Origin: a virus
Length of the DNA stretch: 25,591 nt
IMG/VR virus record: IMGVR_UViG_3300045988_170515
Strand: one strand, 5' to 3'
Made by a program: the position numbers and the translations under genes. This document shows positions 1 to 6,510 of the stretch, piece after piece; the first letter of the stretch is position 1, and every line of letters starts with the position of its first letter. The notes beneath the pieces are model-generated. The model saw nothing but the letters and a program-made list of their open reading frames with translations. It made no database searches and had not been told where the DNA came from.

Positions 1-33
1 AAGAAAAGCGGCTGTTGCTTGATGCAACAGCCG
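1..33 (-). terminator. Intrinsic terminator after the integrase gene, possibly bidirectional (second copy at 25481-25505 after the RHH gene)
   Basis: Perfect 10-bp stem cggctgttgc/gcaacagccg (9-18/24-33) with 5-nt loop ttgat. On the minus strand it starts 6 nt after the int stop (40-42) and is followed by CTTTTCTTTGG. Confidence 0.7.
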
Positions 34-119
34 TGAACTTTATCTCTCAAACACCAACCCGAACGTTTCTTTGATGAAAAACACCTGCGGTTCGTATTTG
101 AGCTGCTTTGGTGGAGCAT
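1..119. repeat. Terminal direct repeat, identical to 25473-25591 (circular-closure overlap)
   Basis: Read directly: bases 1-119 are repeated exactly at 25473-25591. The repeat cuts through the 3' end of the integrase ORF, so it is an assembly or circular-permutation overlap, not a biological boundary. Confidence 0.9.
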
Positions 120-1677
120 CCGCGACTAAAAACGAACCGTTCCCCCCTGCACTGCTGTCTTCCGCGCTGTCTGGAAACAGCTCCACACCGTCCAGTTCTT
201 CAACGGCGTTAAGCACATCTATGGCAGACACCTGCTTGCCGTTCTTAATATTATAAACGATAACAACCCGATCGTCAAACAGATACACGGAGTTGATGAA
301 AACATCAATCAGCTGCCGTCTGAACTCAAAGTCCATCAGATCCCCGCGACACATGGATCTTATCCATGCTTCAACGTCTTCCTGCTTATATCTCACCTCG
401 GAAAGCACGCGAACCTTTGCAAGATCAATCTCCATATCGGCCTTGGCTGCACCTATACGTTCAATCTTATCATACAGTGCGGCACGTCCCGCATCGGGAA
501 TTGTTGTAAGTGCATCAACCAGCTTTCGAATATCATTATCACAGTTTTCAACGGCGCGTTCCAGCTCTTTCACCTTTCCGCCGTCAAACTCAGCATCGTT
601 AATCTCGATGATTCGCTTTGCAACATGCGACAACCGCTCCGGATCCTGCATATACTGCACGGTCTGCTCACAAACATACCACTCGATGAAGTCCTTTTTC
701 TCATGTTGTTTTTTGCAGCCGCTCTTTCCACGCCGTCCAACGCAAGAGTAGTAATAGAACGTTTTTTCATGTCTACCAGTGCCGGATATGCCGATCATAG
801 GTTCGCCGCAATAGCCGCAGAACATCTTTCCGGACAGCAGGTACTCCGTTTTTGCCTTTGCTTTTGCCGGTGCTCGGCGGTTAATCTCAAGTCGAGCCTG
901 AACCTTTTCGAACATCTCCGTGTCTACAATCGCCGGGCATCCGCCTTCAACCGTGATCCCCGTTTGAGTGAATTCGCCGGTGTACTTACGGTTCCGCAAA
1001 ACTGAATCGAAAGCCCTGTATGTAAACGGCTTACCAGTGCGCCGCATGTATCCTTTTGCCGTCAGTTCATCAATAATTTGTTTTTTCCCTATCCCCGCCG
1101 CATAGCGTTCGAAAATATACCTGACTATCGGCGCGGTTTCATCATCAATAATAAACTTAGAATCCACCACCTTGTACCCAAGAGGCACGGCACCGCCAAG
1201 GAAGTTGCCCTTCATTGCGCTGTCCTGCCGTCCGCGCTTAATTTTGCGCGACAGTTCCATAGAGTAGTATTCGGCACTGGCTTCAATCAAAGCTTCAAGC
1301 AGAATTGATTCATCCCCGGTGCCGATGCCCTCGGTTGCAGACACGACTTTGACGCCGCATTGCTTCAGCTCATGCTTGTACAGCACGCTATCATATCGAT
1401 TACGCGCGAACCGATCCAGCCTGTAAACGATTACATACGAAAACTGTTTTTTCTTTGCATCATCAATCATGCGCTGAAAGTCGGGGCGGGCATCGGTAGT
1501 GCCGCTGATCGCGCGATCTATGTATTCGCCGACTATTGCCAAACCTTCAACTTTTGCATACTCATGGCATATGCGCAGCTGCCCTTCGATACTTTCTTCC
1601 CGCTGACTGTGTGAGCTGTATCGGGCATAGATAACCGCGTTTTTTGTTGTTCCCATGGCGGGATACTTGAATTTCAT
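40..1677 (-). CDS. int: Large serine recombinase (phage integrase)
   Basis: 545 aa. N-terminal resolvase-type catalytic domain (AVIYARYSSHSQ...YRLDRFARN), central recombinase domain, Cys-rich zinc ribbon (CGYCGEP...YYYSCVGRRGKSGCKK) and C-terminal coiled coil. RBS GAGGT lies upstream. Confidence 0.93.
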   Translation of the reverse strand: MKFKYPAMGTTKNAVIYARYSSHSQREESIEGQLRICHEYAKVEGLAIVGEYIDRAISGTTDARPDFQRMIDDAKKKQFSYVIVYRLDRFARNRYDSVLYKHELKQCGVKVVSATEGIGTGDESILLEALIEASAEYYSMELSRKIKRGRQDSAMKGNFLGGAVPLGYKVVDSKFIIDDETAPIVRYIFERYAAGIGKKQIIDELTAKGYMRRTGKPFTYRAFDSVLRNRKYTGEFTQTGITVEGGCPAIVDTEMFEKVQARLEINRRAPAKAKAKTEYLLSGKMFCGYCGEPMIGISGTGRHEKTFYYYSCVGRRGKSGCKKQHEKKDFIEWYVCEQTVQYMQDPERLSHVAKRIIEINDAEFDGGKVKELERAVENCDNDIRKLVDALTTIPDAGRAALYDKIERIGAAKADMEIDLAKVRVLSEVRYKQEDVEAWIRSMCRGDLMDFEFRRQLIDVFINSVYLFDDRVVIVYNIKNGKQVSAIDVLNAVEELDGVELFPDSAEDSSAGGNGSFLVADAPPKQLKYEPQVFFIKETFGLVFER

Positions 1678-1689
1678 GCGATACCTCGG

Positions 1690-3054
1690 TTATTCTTCCG
1701 CAAGCAGGGCTAACAGTTTATCTTCATCCAGCTCCGTTGCATAGCACTCACCCTTATCAAGCAGGCGTTCAAGCTTTCGTCCGTTACTGCTCAAGCAATT
1801 GCTGTCGAGTTTTTCTAAAGGTATATCACCAACAATGTAAAAATCTGTATTGCCTGTAATGGTTGATTCTATGATTGCACCCTTTTCCCGAAGGATCTCA
1901 TTCAATTTTCGGCGCGTAAATGACCGGAATTCCCCTTCAGTAACAACCACCTGCCCAAAGAAAACGGATGCAGGTTTATCAGCCGCTTCAGTCTTAGCGG
2001 GCTGCGCTGCCGTTTCATCGGCTGCCGCATTATCTTCACTTTCAACCTCATCACATTCATCCTCATCATCGCTCCAAAACTGTGCCTTGGTGTTTGAAGT
2101 TTCAAGTACAGCCTTAGTTGTTACTTCCTGCGGTGCATCTTTGGACGTTTCATCCGCATTCCTGCGGAAGCGCACAACCACTCTTGCTCCAATAATATCG
2201 TGTTCGCTGAATACCCATATAGCGGTAATACCATCGCAACGATAAAAGTTATCGTAAAAGTACTGCACCTTTTCCCTGGGTATGAATCCAATAATATCAT
2301 CATGTACGCAAACGGCGAATGAAGGTTCGCCCTCATATTCTCCGCGTCTCAGTGTGCATGAATGGCATTCATCCTTATTGAAGGGTTCATCTCGAAAAAA
2401 AATCTTTTTCAGAATTGTTTGACGTGATTTTCTGCCGTTTTTAAATGTTACTCCCGCAACCGTAACCTTCCAATAGTCGTAATCATCATCTGAATGAAAA
2501 CCGTAATCAATTTCATTCACGGAAGACGGCTGCGCTGCCTTGGTTTCGGGCATTGCATATTCAACTGCCTTTGCTGTCGGCTTATCATGCTCTTCCGCTT
2601 TTATCTTGGGTTCTTCCCTCGGAACACTGCGTTCCATGGCGGGCGGTTGTGCAGTCTTGATTTTGGGCATTGCATATTCAACCGCCTTTGCTGTCGGCTT
2701 ATCATGTTCTTCCGCTTTTATCTTGGATTCTTCCCTCGGAGCACTGCGTTCCATGGCGGACGGCTGTGCTGTCTTAGTTTCAGCCGCTGCACGTTCAGCT
2801 GTTTTCGCTGTCGGCTTATCCTGTTTCTTTTCTTTCCCCTCGGGTCCTTTTTCTTCAGGTTTCTCTTTCGGCGATTCGGCGGGCTGCTCCGTCTGTCCCT
2901 TCCGGAACTGCCAATATCCGAGAGCACCGAACACAACAATCAACGCAAAGTAAATCAGCATATTTTGCAGATTCGGAATTGAAAGAATTGCACCCAAAAC
3001 GCAGAATGCAGCGATTCCCCAAAACACACACACACTCTTTTTCATGTTCTTCAA
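1690..3054 (-). CDS. Membrane-anchored protein: two N-terminal TM helices, repeat linker, HIRAN-like domain, acidic linker, C-terminal BRCT domain
   Basis: 454 aa with a TTG start 7 nt after GGGAGGAA (alternative ATG at 3045).
- Hydrophobic helices at about aa 8-26 and 32-49, flanked by K/R.
- E/K/P/A-rich 39-aa repeats at aa 79-178.
- aa 195-296 (VTVAGVTF...TLRRGEYEGEPSFAVCVHDDIIGFIPREKV...ARVVVRF) fit the HIRAN pattern.
- aa 362-454 (FFGQVVVTEGEFRSFTRRKLNEILREKGAIIESTITGNTDFYIVGD) fit BRCT.
Domain calls are by eye. Confidence 0.8.
   Translation of the reverse strand: MKNMKKSVCVFWGIAAFCVLGAILSIPNLQNMLIYFALIVVFGALGYWQFRKGQTEQPAESPKEKPEEKGPEGKEKKQDKPTAKTAERAAAETKTAQPSAMERSAPREESKIKAEEHDKPTAKAVEYAMPKIKTAQPPAMERSVPREEPKIKAEEHDKPTAKAVEYAMPETKAAQPSSVNEIDYGFHSDDDYDYWKVTVAGVTFKNGRKSRQTILKKIFFRDEPFNKDECHSCTLRRGEYEGEPSFAVCVHDDIIGFIPREKVQYFYDNFYRCDGITAIWVFSEHDIIGARVVVRFRRNADETSKDAPQEVTTKAVLETSNTKAQFWSDDEDECDEVESEDNAAADETAAQPAKTEAADKPASVFFGQVVVTEGEFRSFTRRKLNEILREKGAIIESTITGNTDFYIVGDIPLEKLDSNCLSSNGRKLERLLDKGECYATELDEDKLLALLAEE
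2521..2820. repeat. In-frame 117-bp tandem repeat (about 2.6 copies) inside the membrane HIRAN/BRCT gene
   Basis: gggcattgcatattcaac recurs at 2548 and 2665 (period 117). It encodes DKPTAK..AMERS.PREE.KIKAEEH units. Confidence 0.9.
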
Positions 3055-3154
3055 CGAAAAGTTCCTCCCGATTGATTAGGAATTGTTATCTATCTCTTTC
3101 AAGCGGCGGCAGCATTGCAGCAGCTCAAAAGGAATGATCTTTTTTCCCCGGCAT

Positions 3155-3280
3155 TCAGCCAACAAAAATCTGATCCGTTCTTGCAGGCTTTTTTTCAATG
3201 TCATCGCAGACGTTCATAACCGCCTGGATAATGCGCATTCGTCCCTGTTCAGTTGTTCCGCGAAACATTTCCACCAACAT
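3155..3280 (-). CDS. 41-aa micro-ORF resembling the C-terminal tail of XRE phage repressors (or a gene remnant)
   Basis: Translates as MLVEMFRGTTEQGRMRIIQAVMNVCDDIEKKPARTDQIFVG, preceded by AGGAAAAG. The frame is open upstream (..PALTEQEK) without another start. The TEQE..L...F motif parallels FTEQELALLRIFESL at the repressor C-terminus. Confidence 0.3.
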   Translation of the reverse strand: MLVEMFRGTTEQGRMRIIQAVMNVCDDIEKKPARTDQIFVG

Positions 3281-3320
3281 CTTTTCCTGCTCAGTAAGCG
3301 CAGGCTCAGCAGCGGCAGCA

Positions 3321-4256
3321 CTACCTTCTGCATCTCAACATCTCCATCAATTCATTTTCGTACACTTCACGGACGAAAACGCCCTTTTCACGCATTGCAA
3401 TGACCTTTTCCTGTTTTGAACTTAGTCCATCCTCTCCGACAACGGCTTTATCCTGTTTGCCGATTATAAGCATATCGGTCTTGCGAGTAACGCTGCTCTT
3501 AACAAAAGCACCCCTGTTTATAAGCATCTGTGACAGCTCCGTCCTTGAAAAGGCAGAGAAATCGCCTGTGATCACAACAGTCTTATTTTCAAATTCGTTG
3601 CCGTCATCATGAATCAATTCGTTCGTGATTGCTGTATCATAGTCAAGTTGCTCTCTAAATCCGCCGATTGCTTTTTGCGGAGAGAAGGAAATAAAATCTT
3701 TAGGTTCAATTGAAGTGAATGTTTTTACAAAAGTTGCAAAGCTTTTGTACCGTTTACGTTTAATTGTGCTGATTACGATTTTGGCACATGTTACCGCATC
3801 CTCCTCTGCGTTGTGGTGATTTGCAACGTCAACACCGAGGAAGTTTGCTCGTGCCTCAAGCGATCTGCCCACGTCCGTGCATACCTTTCCGGTTATGGGG
3901 ATGCTGCAATACCAGGTAAGCGGAGGAATATCAATGCCGTCCTTCATAAGGCAGAGCTTAAGCACAGACATATCAAAGCTTGCATTATGAGCAACGATCG
4001 GACAGGACCCATCAAAGTAATGTTCGATTTCCTTCCAAACTTCAGGGAATTTCGGGCTGTCCTTAACCATGCTCGGAGTAATCCCGTTGATTTGAATGTT
4101 CTTCTTGCCGAAAACGAGCGAATCGGGCTGAATTAGGTGATGCTCTGTGTGAACAATTTCCAAGTCTTTAACACATGCAAGCCCGACAGAGCAGGCACTT
4201 GAGTTCTCCGAAGTAGCAGTTTCAAAGTCAATTGCAATAAAATCGTAACCGTCCAT
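3321..4256 (-). CDS. DnaQ-like DEDDh 3'-5' exonuclease fused to a C-terminal BRCT domain
   Basis: 311 aa. ExoI IAIDFETAT, ExoII VAHNASFDMSVL, ExoIII HHNAEEDAVTCAKI. The C-terminus (FENKTVVITGDFSAFSRTELSQMLINRGAFVKSSVTRKTDMLIIGK) is BRCT-like. RBS GGAG lies upstream. Confidence 0.88.
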   Translation of the reverse strand: MDGYDFIAIDFETATSENSSACSVGLACVKDLEIVHTEHHLIQPDSLVFGKKNIQINGITPSMVKDSPKFPEVWKEIEHYFDGSCPIVAHNASFDMSVLKLCLMKDGIDIPPLTWYCSIPITGKVCTDVGRSLEARANFLGVDVANHHNAEEDAVTCAKIVISTIKRKRYKSFATFVKTFTSIEPKDFISFSPQKAIGGFREQLDYDTAITNELIHDDGNEFENKTVVITGDFSAFSRTELSQMLINRGAFVKSSVTRKTDMLIIGKQDKAVVGEDGLSSKQEKVIAMREKGVFVREVYENELMEMLRCRR

Positions 4257-4307
4257 TTTCTTATCTCCATTTCTTGTTAATTTTTCTGATCTGTTCTTAC
4301 ATATTTT

Positions 4308-4676
4308 TCATTTCACCAGTTCGGCAGCGTAAGCAAGCAATTGTGCTTGCTTAACCACATCAAGACTTTCGAAAATTCTTAACAACGCAAGCTCCTGCTC
4401 GGTAAAAGTTTTACCCACAGTGTTGCCGTTGCCGATTATGTTTCCATTGCCATTCACGTTATTGAATGCGTTTTCAGTGGGTGTATTTCCGATAAGATAA
4501 TCTGTTGAAACACCCAAAAACCGAGAAAGCTTTATTAATGTTTTTCCTGTAGGAAGCGAATCATGCTCTTCCCAATACTTTAACTGGTTTTTTCCAATCA
4601 TCAGTTCTTTTGAAAGTTGTTGCCAAGTGATATTTTTTTCAGACAACAGATACTTTAAGCGCTCAGTGAAATTCAT
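4308..4676 (-). CDS. XRE-family HTH repressor (CI-like)
   Basis: MNFTERLKYLLSEKNITWQQLSKELMIGKNQLKYWEEHDSLPTGKTLIKLSRFLGVSTDYLIG is a classic HTH_3 domain. The start at 4676 follows AAGAGGGG; the ORF-track start at 4745 would lie in the promoter region. N/G-rich linker, then a helical C-terminal tail. Confidence 0.88.
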   Translation of the reverse strand: MNFTERLKYLLSEKNITWQQLSKELMIGKNQLKYWEEHDSLPTGKTLIKLSRFLGVSTDYLIGNTPTENAFNNVNGNGNIIGNGNTVGKTFTEQELALLRIFESLDVVKQAQLLAYAAELVK

Positions 4677-4738
4677 TGTAGCAAACCCCTCTTTCCCTGT
4701 TAATTCAGAATATATTTTTATTCTTAGTGTTAAACCCC

Positions 4739-4768
4739 TTGACATTCCCTGTTTTTAGGGAGTAAAAT
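4739..4768 (+). promoter_or_regulatory. Candidate rightward (early/lytic) sigma-70 promoter
   Basis: TTGACA (4739-4744), 18-nt spacer, TAAAAT (4763-4768). Confidence 0.45.
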
Positions 4769-4778
4769 TAGATACAAA

Positions 4779-4791
4779 CAACAAACATTGA
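4779..4791. promoter_or_regulatory. Candidate operator half (13-mer CAACAAACATTGA)
   Basis: Exact reverse complement recurs at 4871-4883. This copy sits at the predicted start site of the rightward promoter. Confidence 0.4.
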
Positions 4792-4845
4792 ACACAAGCC
4801 CGCAAAAACGGACTGCGACAATGGTTCATTGGATTCAGCAACCAC

Positions 4846-4874
4846 AGTATACCATTGTTGACATATAATGTCAA
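4846..4874 (-). promoter_or_regulatory. Candidate leftward (repressor/lysogeny) sigma-70 promoter
   Basis: On the minus strand: TTGACA (4874-4869), 17-nt spacer, TATACT (4851-4846). It overlaps the palindrome TTGACAT-ATA-ATGTCAA (4858-4874). Confidence 0.45.
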
Positions 4875-4883
4875 TGTTTGTTG
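4871..4883. promoter_or_regulatory. Candidate operator half (TCAATGTTTGTTG), inverted copy of 4779-4791
   Basis: 13/13 reverse-complement match. It overlaps the -35 of the leftward promoter. Confidence 0.4.
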
Positions 4884-4913
4884 CACATAAAAAACGATAG
4901 AGGAGACTACTAA

Positions 4914-5147
4914 ATGGAGACTACACGAAATGAAAGGCACGAAGTCAGAATAATGCTTTGCCGTAACGCACTGCCTAAAACTTGGCTGATTGCACAGTTG
5001 GAAGCGGCGGGCATCATCGTTGACGCGCCGCGTCTTAACAAGATGCTGAGCGGATCGATTCGCGGTGCAACAGCGGACGAAGTGATTGACGCAAGCACGA
5101 AGATCCTTCACCGCTACGAAGCCGCCATGGGCGTTAGTTTTGATTAA
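4914..5147 (+). CDS. First rightward early gene, Cro-like small regulator (function putative)
   Basis: 77 aa with RBS GAGGAG 8 nt upstream. It sits opposite the repressor. A possible HTH is KTWLIAQLEAAGIIVDAPRLNKMLSG. Confidence 0.7.
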   Translation: METTRNERHEVRIMLCRNALPKTWLIAQLEAAGIIVDAPRLNKMLSGSIRGATADEVIDASTKILHRYEAAMGVSFD

Positions 5148-5161
5148 GGAGGGAACCACCA

Positions 5162-5386
5162 ATGACAACAGAAACGCAAACGAAGCAGAAACAATACATT
5201 CAGGTTGGAATCATTGCACCGCGCGACAGGGCAACAGGCGAATTCGGCACCGCCGTTCCGCTGTATGTTGAAGCCGATATCGGCGATGCAGCCGCTGCCG
5301 ACATTGCAACTGCGCTTTGCGGCAGCAAGCCGTTCCGCGATATGGTTGAAAAGGCCGCACGGCAAAGCTCACGGAGGTGTGAATGA
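5162..5386 (+). CDS. Hypothetical early protein
   Basis: 74 aa, RBS AAGGAGGG, tight packing with its neighbours. Confidence 0.7.
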   Translation: MTTETQTKQKQYIQVGIIAPRDRATGEFGTAVPLYVEADIGDAAAADIATALCGSKPFRDMVEKAARQSSRRCE

Positions 5387-5562
5387 AAATACGCTTTTTT
5401 ATGAAAAACGGAACTGTATCGCCGGATTTTGAGTGCGCTAAATTTATAGTCCGCAAAGATGTGTGTGGAAAAATTATCGGTTGGAGTGCTGAAGAATGTG
5501 ATATCCCGCGTCTGATGTATATTGACTTGGAAGAAGTACTCATGGTTTGGAGGGTAGAATGA
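5383..5562 (+). CDS. Hypothetical early protein (59 aa, below the ORF-track cutoff)
   Basis: ATGA overlap with the upstream stop, RBS GGAGG. Translates MKIRFFMKNGTVSPDFECAKFIVRKDVCGKIIGWSAEECDIPRLMYIDLEEVLMVWRVE. Its stop overlaps the next ATG. Confidence 0.6.
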   Translation: MKIRFFMKNGTVSPDFECAKFIVRKDVCGKIIGWSAEECDIPRLMYIDLEEVLMVWRVE

Positions 5563-5783
5563 TAAGGCGAAGGCATTCCAAACGCAATAAGGCACTGCGA
5601 AAAGCAATTGCCAAAGTGATAAAGTGGGCACTTATCACGCTGTTCGGCTGGCTGCTGTTCGAGCTGTTCCGCCCGTATGCCGTGGAGTTTCGCGGCACAC
5701 TGCTGTACGGCGGCGAGGTTATGTTCCTTGGTATGCCGCTGTACTGGGCAGCGGTTGAATCGATTATTAAGGATATATGCTGA
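5559..5783 (+). CDS. Small membrane protein (2 predicted TM helices)
   Basis: The start at 5559 (ATGA overlap, RBS GGAGGG) is preferred over the track start at 5547. Basic N-terminus, then WALITLFGWLLFELF and VMFLGMPLYWAAV. Confidence 0.65.
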   Translation: MIRRRHSKRNKALRKAIAKVIKWALITLFGWLLFELFRPYAVEFRGTLLYGGEVMFLGMPLYWAAVESIIKDIC

Positions 5784-6091
5784 GATGTATGCTGAAAGGA
5801 AGGCTTGAAGTGGCGAAAAAAGAACTTGAAAACATCAAGATTAAGGGACATACCGGCACATGGTACGAAATTGACCGCCGCACACTCTATGGAAAAACAT
5901 TCTATCTTATGGAAAGCGAAATCTATGGAGATGAAGCCCCGGGCATCATCATCGATGAAGCGCATGAACCGGTTATTGAAGACGTTTTTGACGGATTCGA
6001 TCATGAAACCGTGTCAACGCTGGATTGGATCTCCGTGTACGGAAAAAACATTTGCTATGATTATTTAAAGAAAGAAGGCGAATTGAAATGA
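5777..6091 (+). CDS. Hypothetical early protein
   Basis: 104 aa with protein-like composition. The start is uncertain: ATG 5777, or in-frame GTG 5810 after AAAGGAAGG. Confidence 0.6.
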   Translation: MLRCMLKGRLEVAKKELENIKIKGHTGTWYEIDRRTLYGKTFYLMESEIYGDEAPGIIIDEAHEPVIEDVFDGFDHETVSTLDWISVYGKNICYDYLKKEGELK

Positions 6092-6315
6092 AGAGCGAAT
6101 GGAAAGTAACCAGTAACTGCATTGGCGGAGAATGGTTTTATGGTGTATACAGGCTGCGGGACCGCAAAGATGTTGACCACAGCGGCAACCGTGAAACCCC
6201 GGATAAGCAGTTTTTTGATGCGATTGAAAACCTGCTTGGGCGAAAACTTAACCCGCAAGACGAAGCCGAGGCCGAGAAGATCGCACGATTGCTGAATGCT
6301 GCTCCAAAGGAATAA
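6088..6315 (+). CDS. Hypothetical early protein
   Basis: 75 aa, ATGA overlap with the upstream gene. Confidence 0.65.
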   Translation: MKSEWKVTSNCIGGEWFYGVYRLRDRKDVDHSGNRETPDKQFFDAIENLLGRKLNPQDEAEAEKIARLLNAAPKE

Positions 6316-6510
6316 AAATAATCCACAATTCAACAGGAACATGTGGATAACTGCGCTGCGTTCTGTCAAGGTTCGCATTCATGGATTTCCTCCCTACTCC
6401 CCGTTTAAGTGCAGGTGCTTAACAAAAACAAGCCCTGCACAGACTGCGGGGCGGTGCGAAATTGACAGAACGCAGCGTATAAGCCGTATAAGCATAGAAA
6501 GGAATACCCT
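6316..6510. other. 195-bp non-coding, highly structured block (candidate single-strand origin, ori element or ncRNA)
   Basis: - TAATCCACA (6319-6327) and a perfect TTATCCACA on the minus strand (6342-6350), in inverted orientation.
- Perfect 16-bp long-range inverted repeat at 6354-6369 / 6462-6477.
- Inner hairpin 6409-6440 (11 bp with one bulge).
- ccccg/cgggg pairing around it. Confidence 0.5.

Noticed and set aside
1-119. The 119-bp terminal direct repeat read as a biological long terminal repeat, att duplication or transposon end
   Set aside because: It is exact and begins and ends at arbitrary positions inside the integrase ORF. Serine integrases do not create long target duplications. 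Circular assembly overlap is the simpler explanation, though a packaged terminal redundancy cannot be formally excluded without reads.
2494-2982. Plus-strand ORFs 2494-2982 (162 aa) and 2540-2953 (137 aa)
   Set aside because: They lie antisense to the repeat region of the 454-aa gene. Their low-complexity C/F/L/R-rich translations are artefacts of the tandem repeat lacking stops on the opposite strand.
3083-3419. Plus-strand ORFs 3083-3403 and 3198-3419 in the exonuclease/HIRAN gap
   Set aside because: Their composition is S/F/H/R-rich and antisense-like, they have no RBS, and they oppose the operon direction. The minus-strand micro-ORF is the better, though still weak, reading.
4677-4745. 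N-terminal extensions suggested by the ORF track (repressor from 4745, Rep from 7646, tape measure from 16831, endolysin from 23196, holin from 24617, RHH from 25235)
   Set aside because: In most of these cases an internal ATG or TTG follows a strong GGAGG-type RBS, and the extension would overlap promoters or the upstream gene. The shorter starts were used. The RHH start remains uncertain because its RBS is weak.
4755-5631. Minus-strand ORFs 4755-5168 (137 aa), 5200-5631 (143 aa) and 5211-5576
   Set aside because: They overlap the switch region and well-supported plus-strand early genes that have strong RBSs. Their composition is typical of antisense frames.
6319-6350. Paired DnaA-box-like 9-mers as proof of a DnaA-dependent theta origin
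   Set aside because: Two short motifs alone are insufficient, no AT-rich unwinding element or box cluster follows, and the genome encodes an RCR initiator. They are kept only as part of the structured-region finding.
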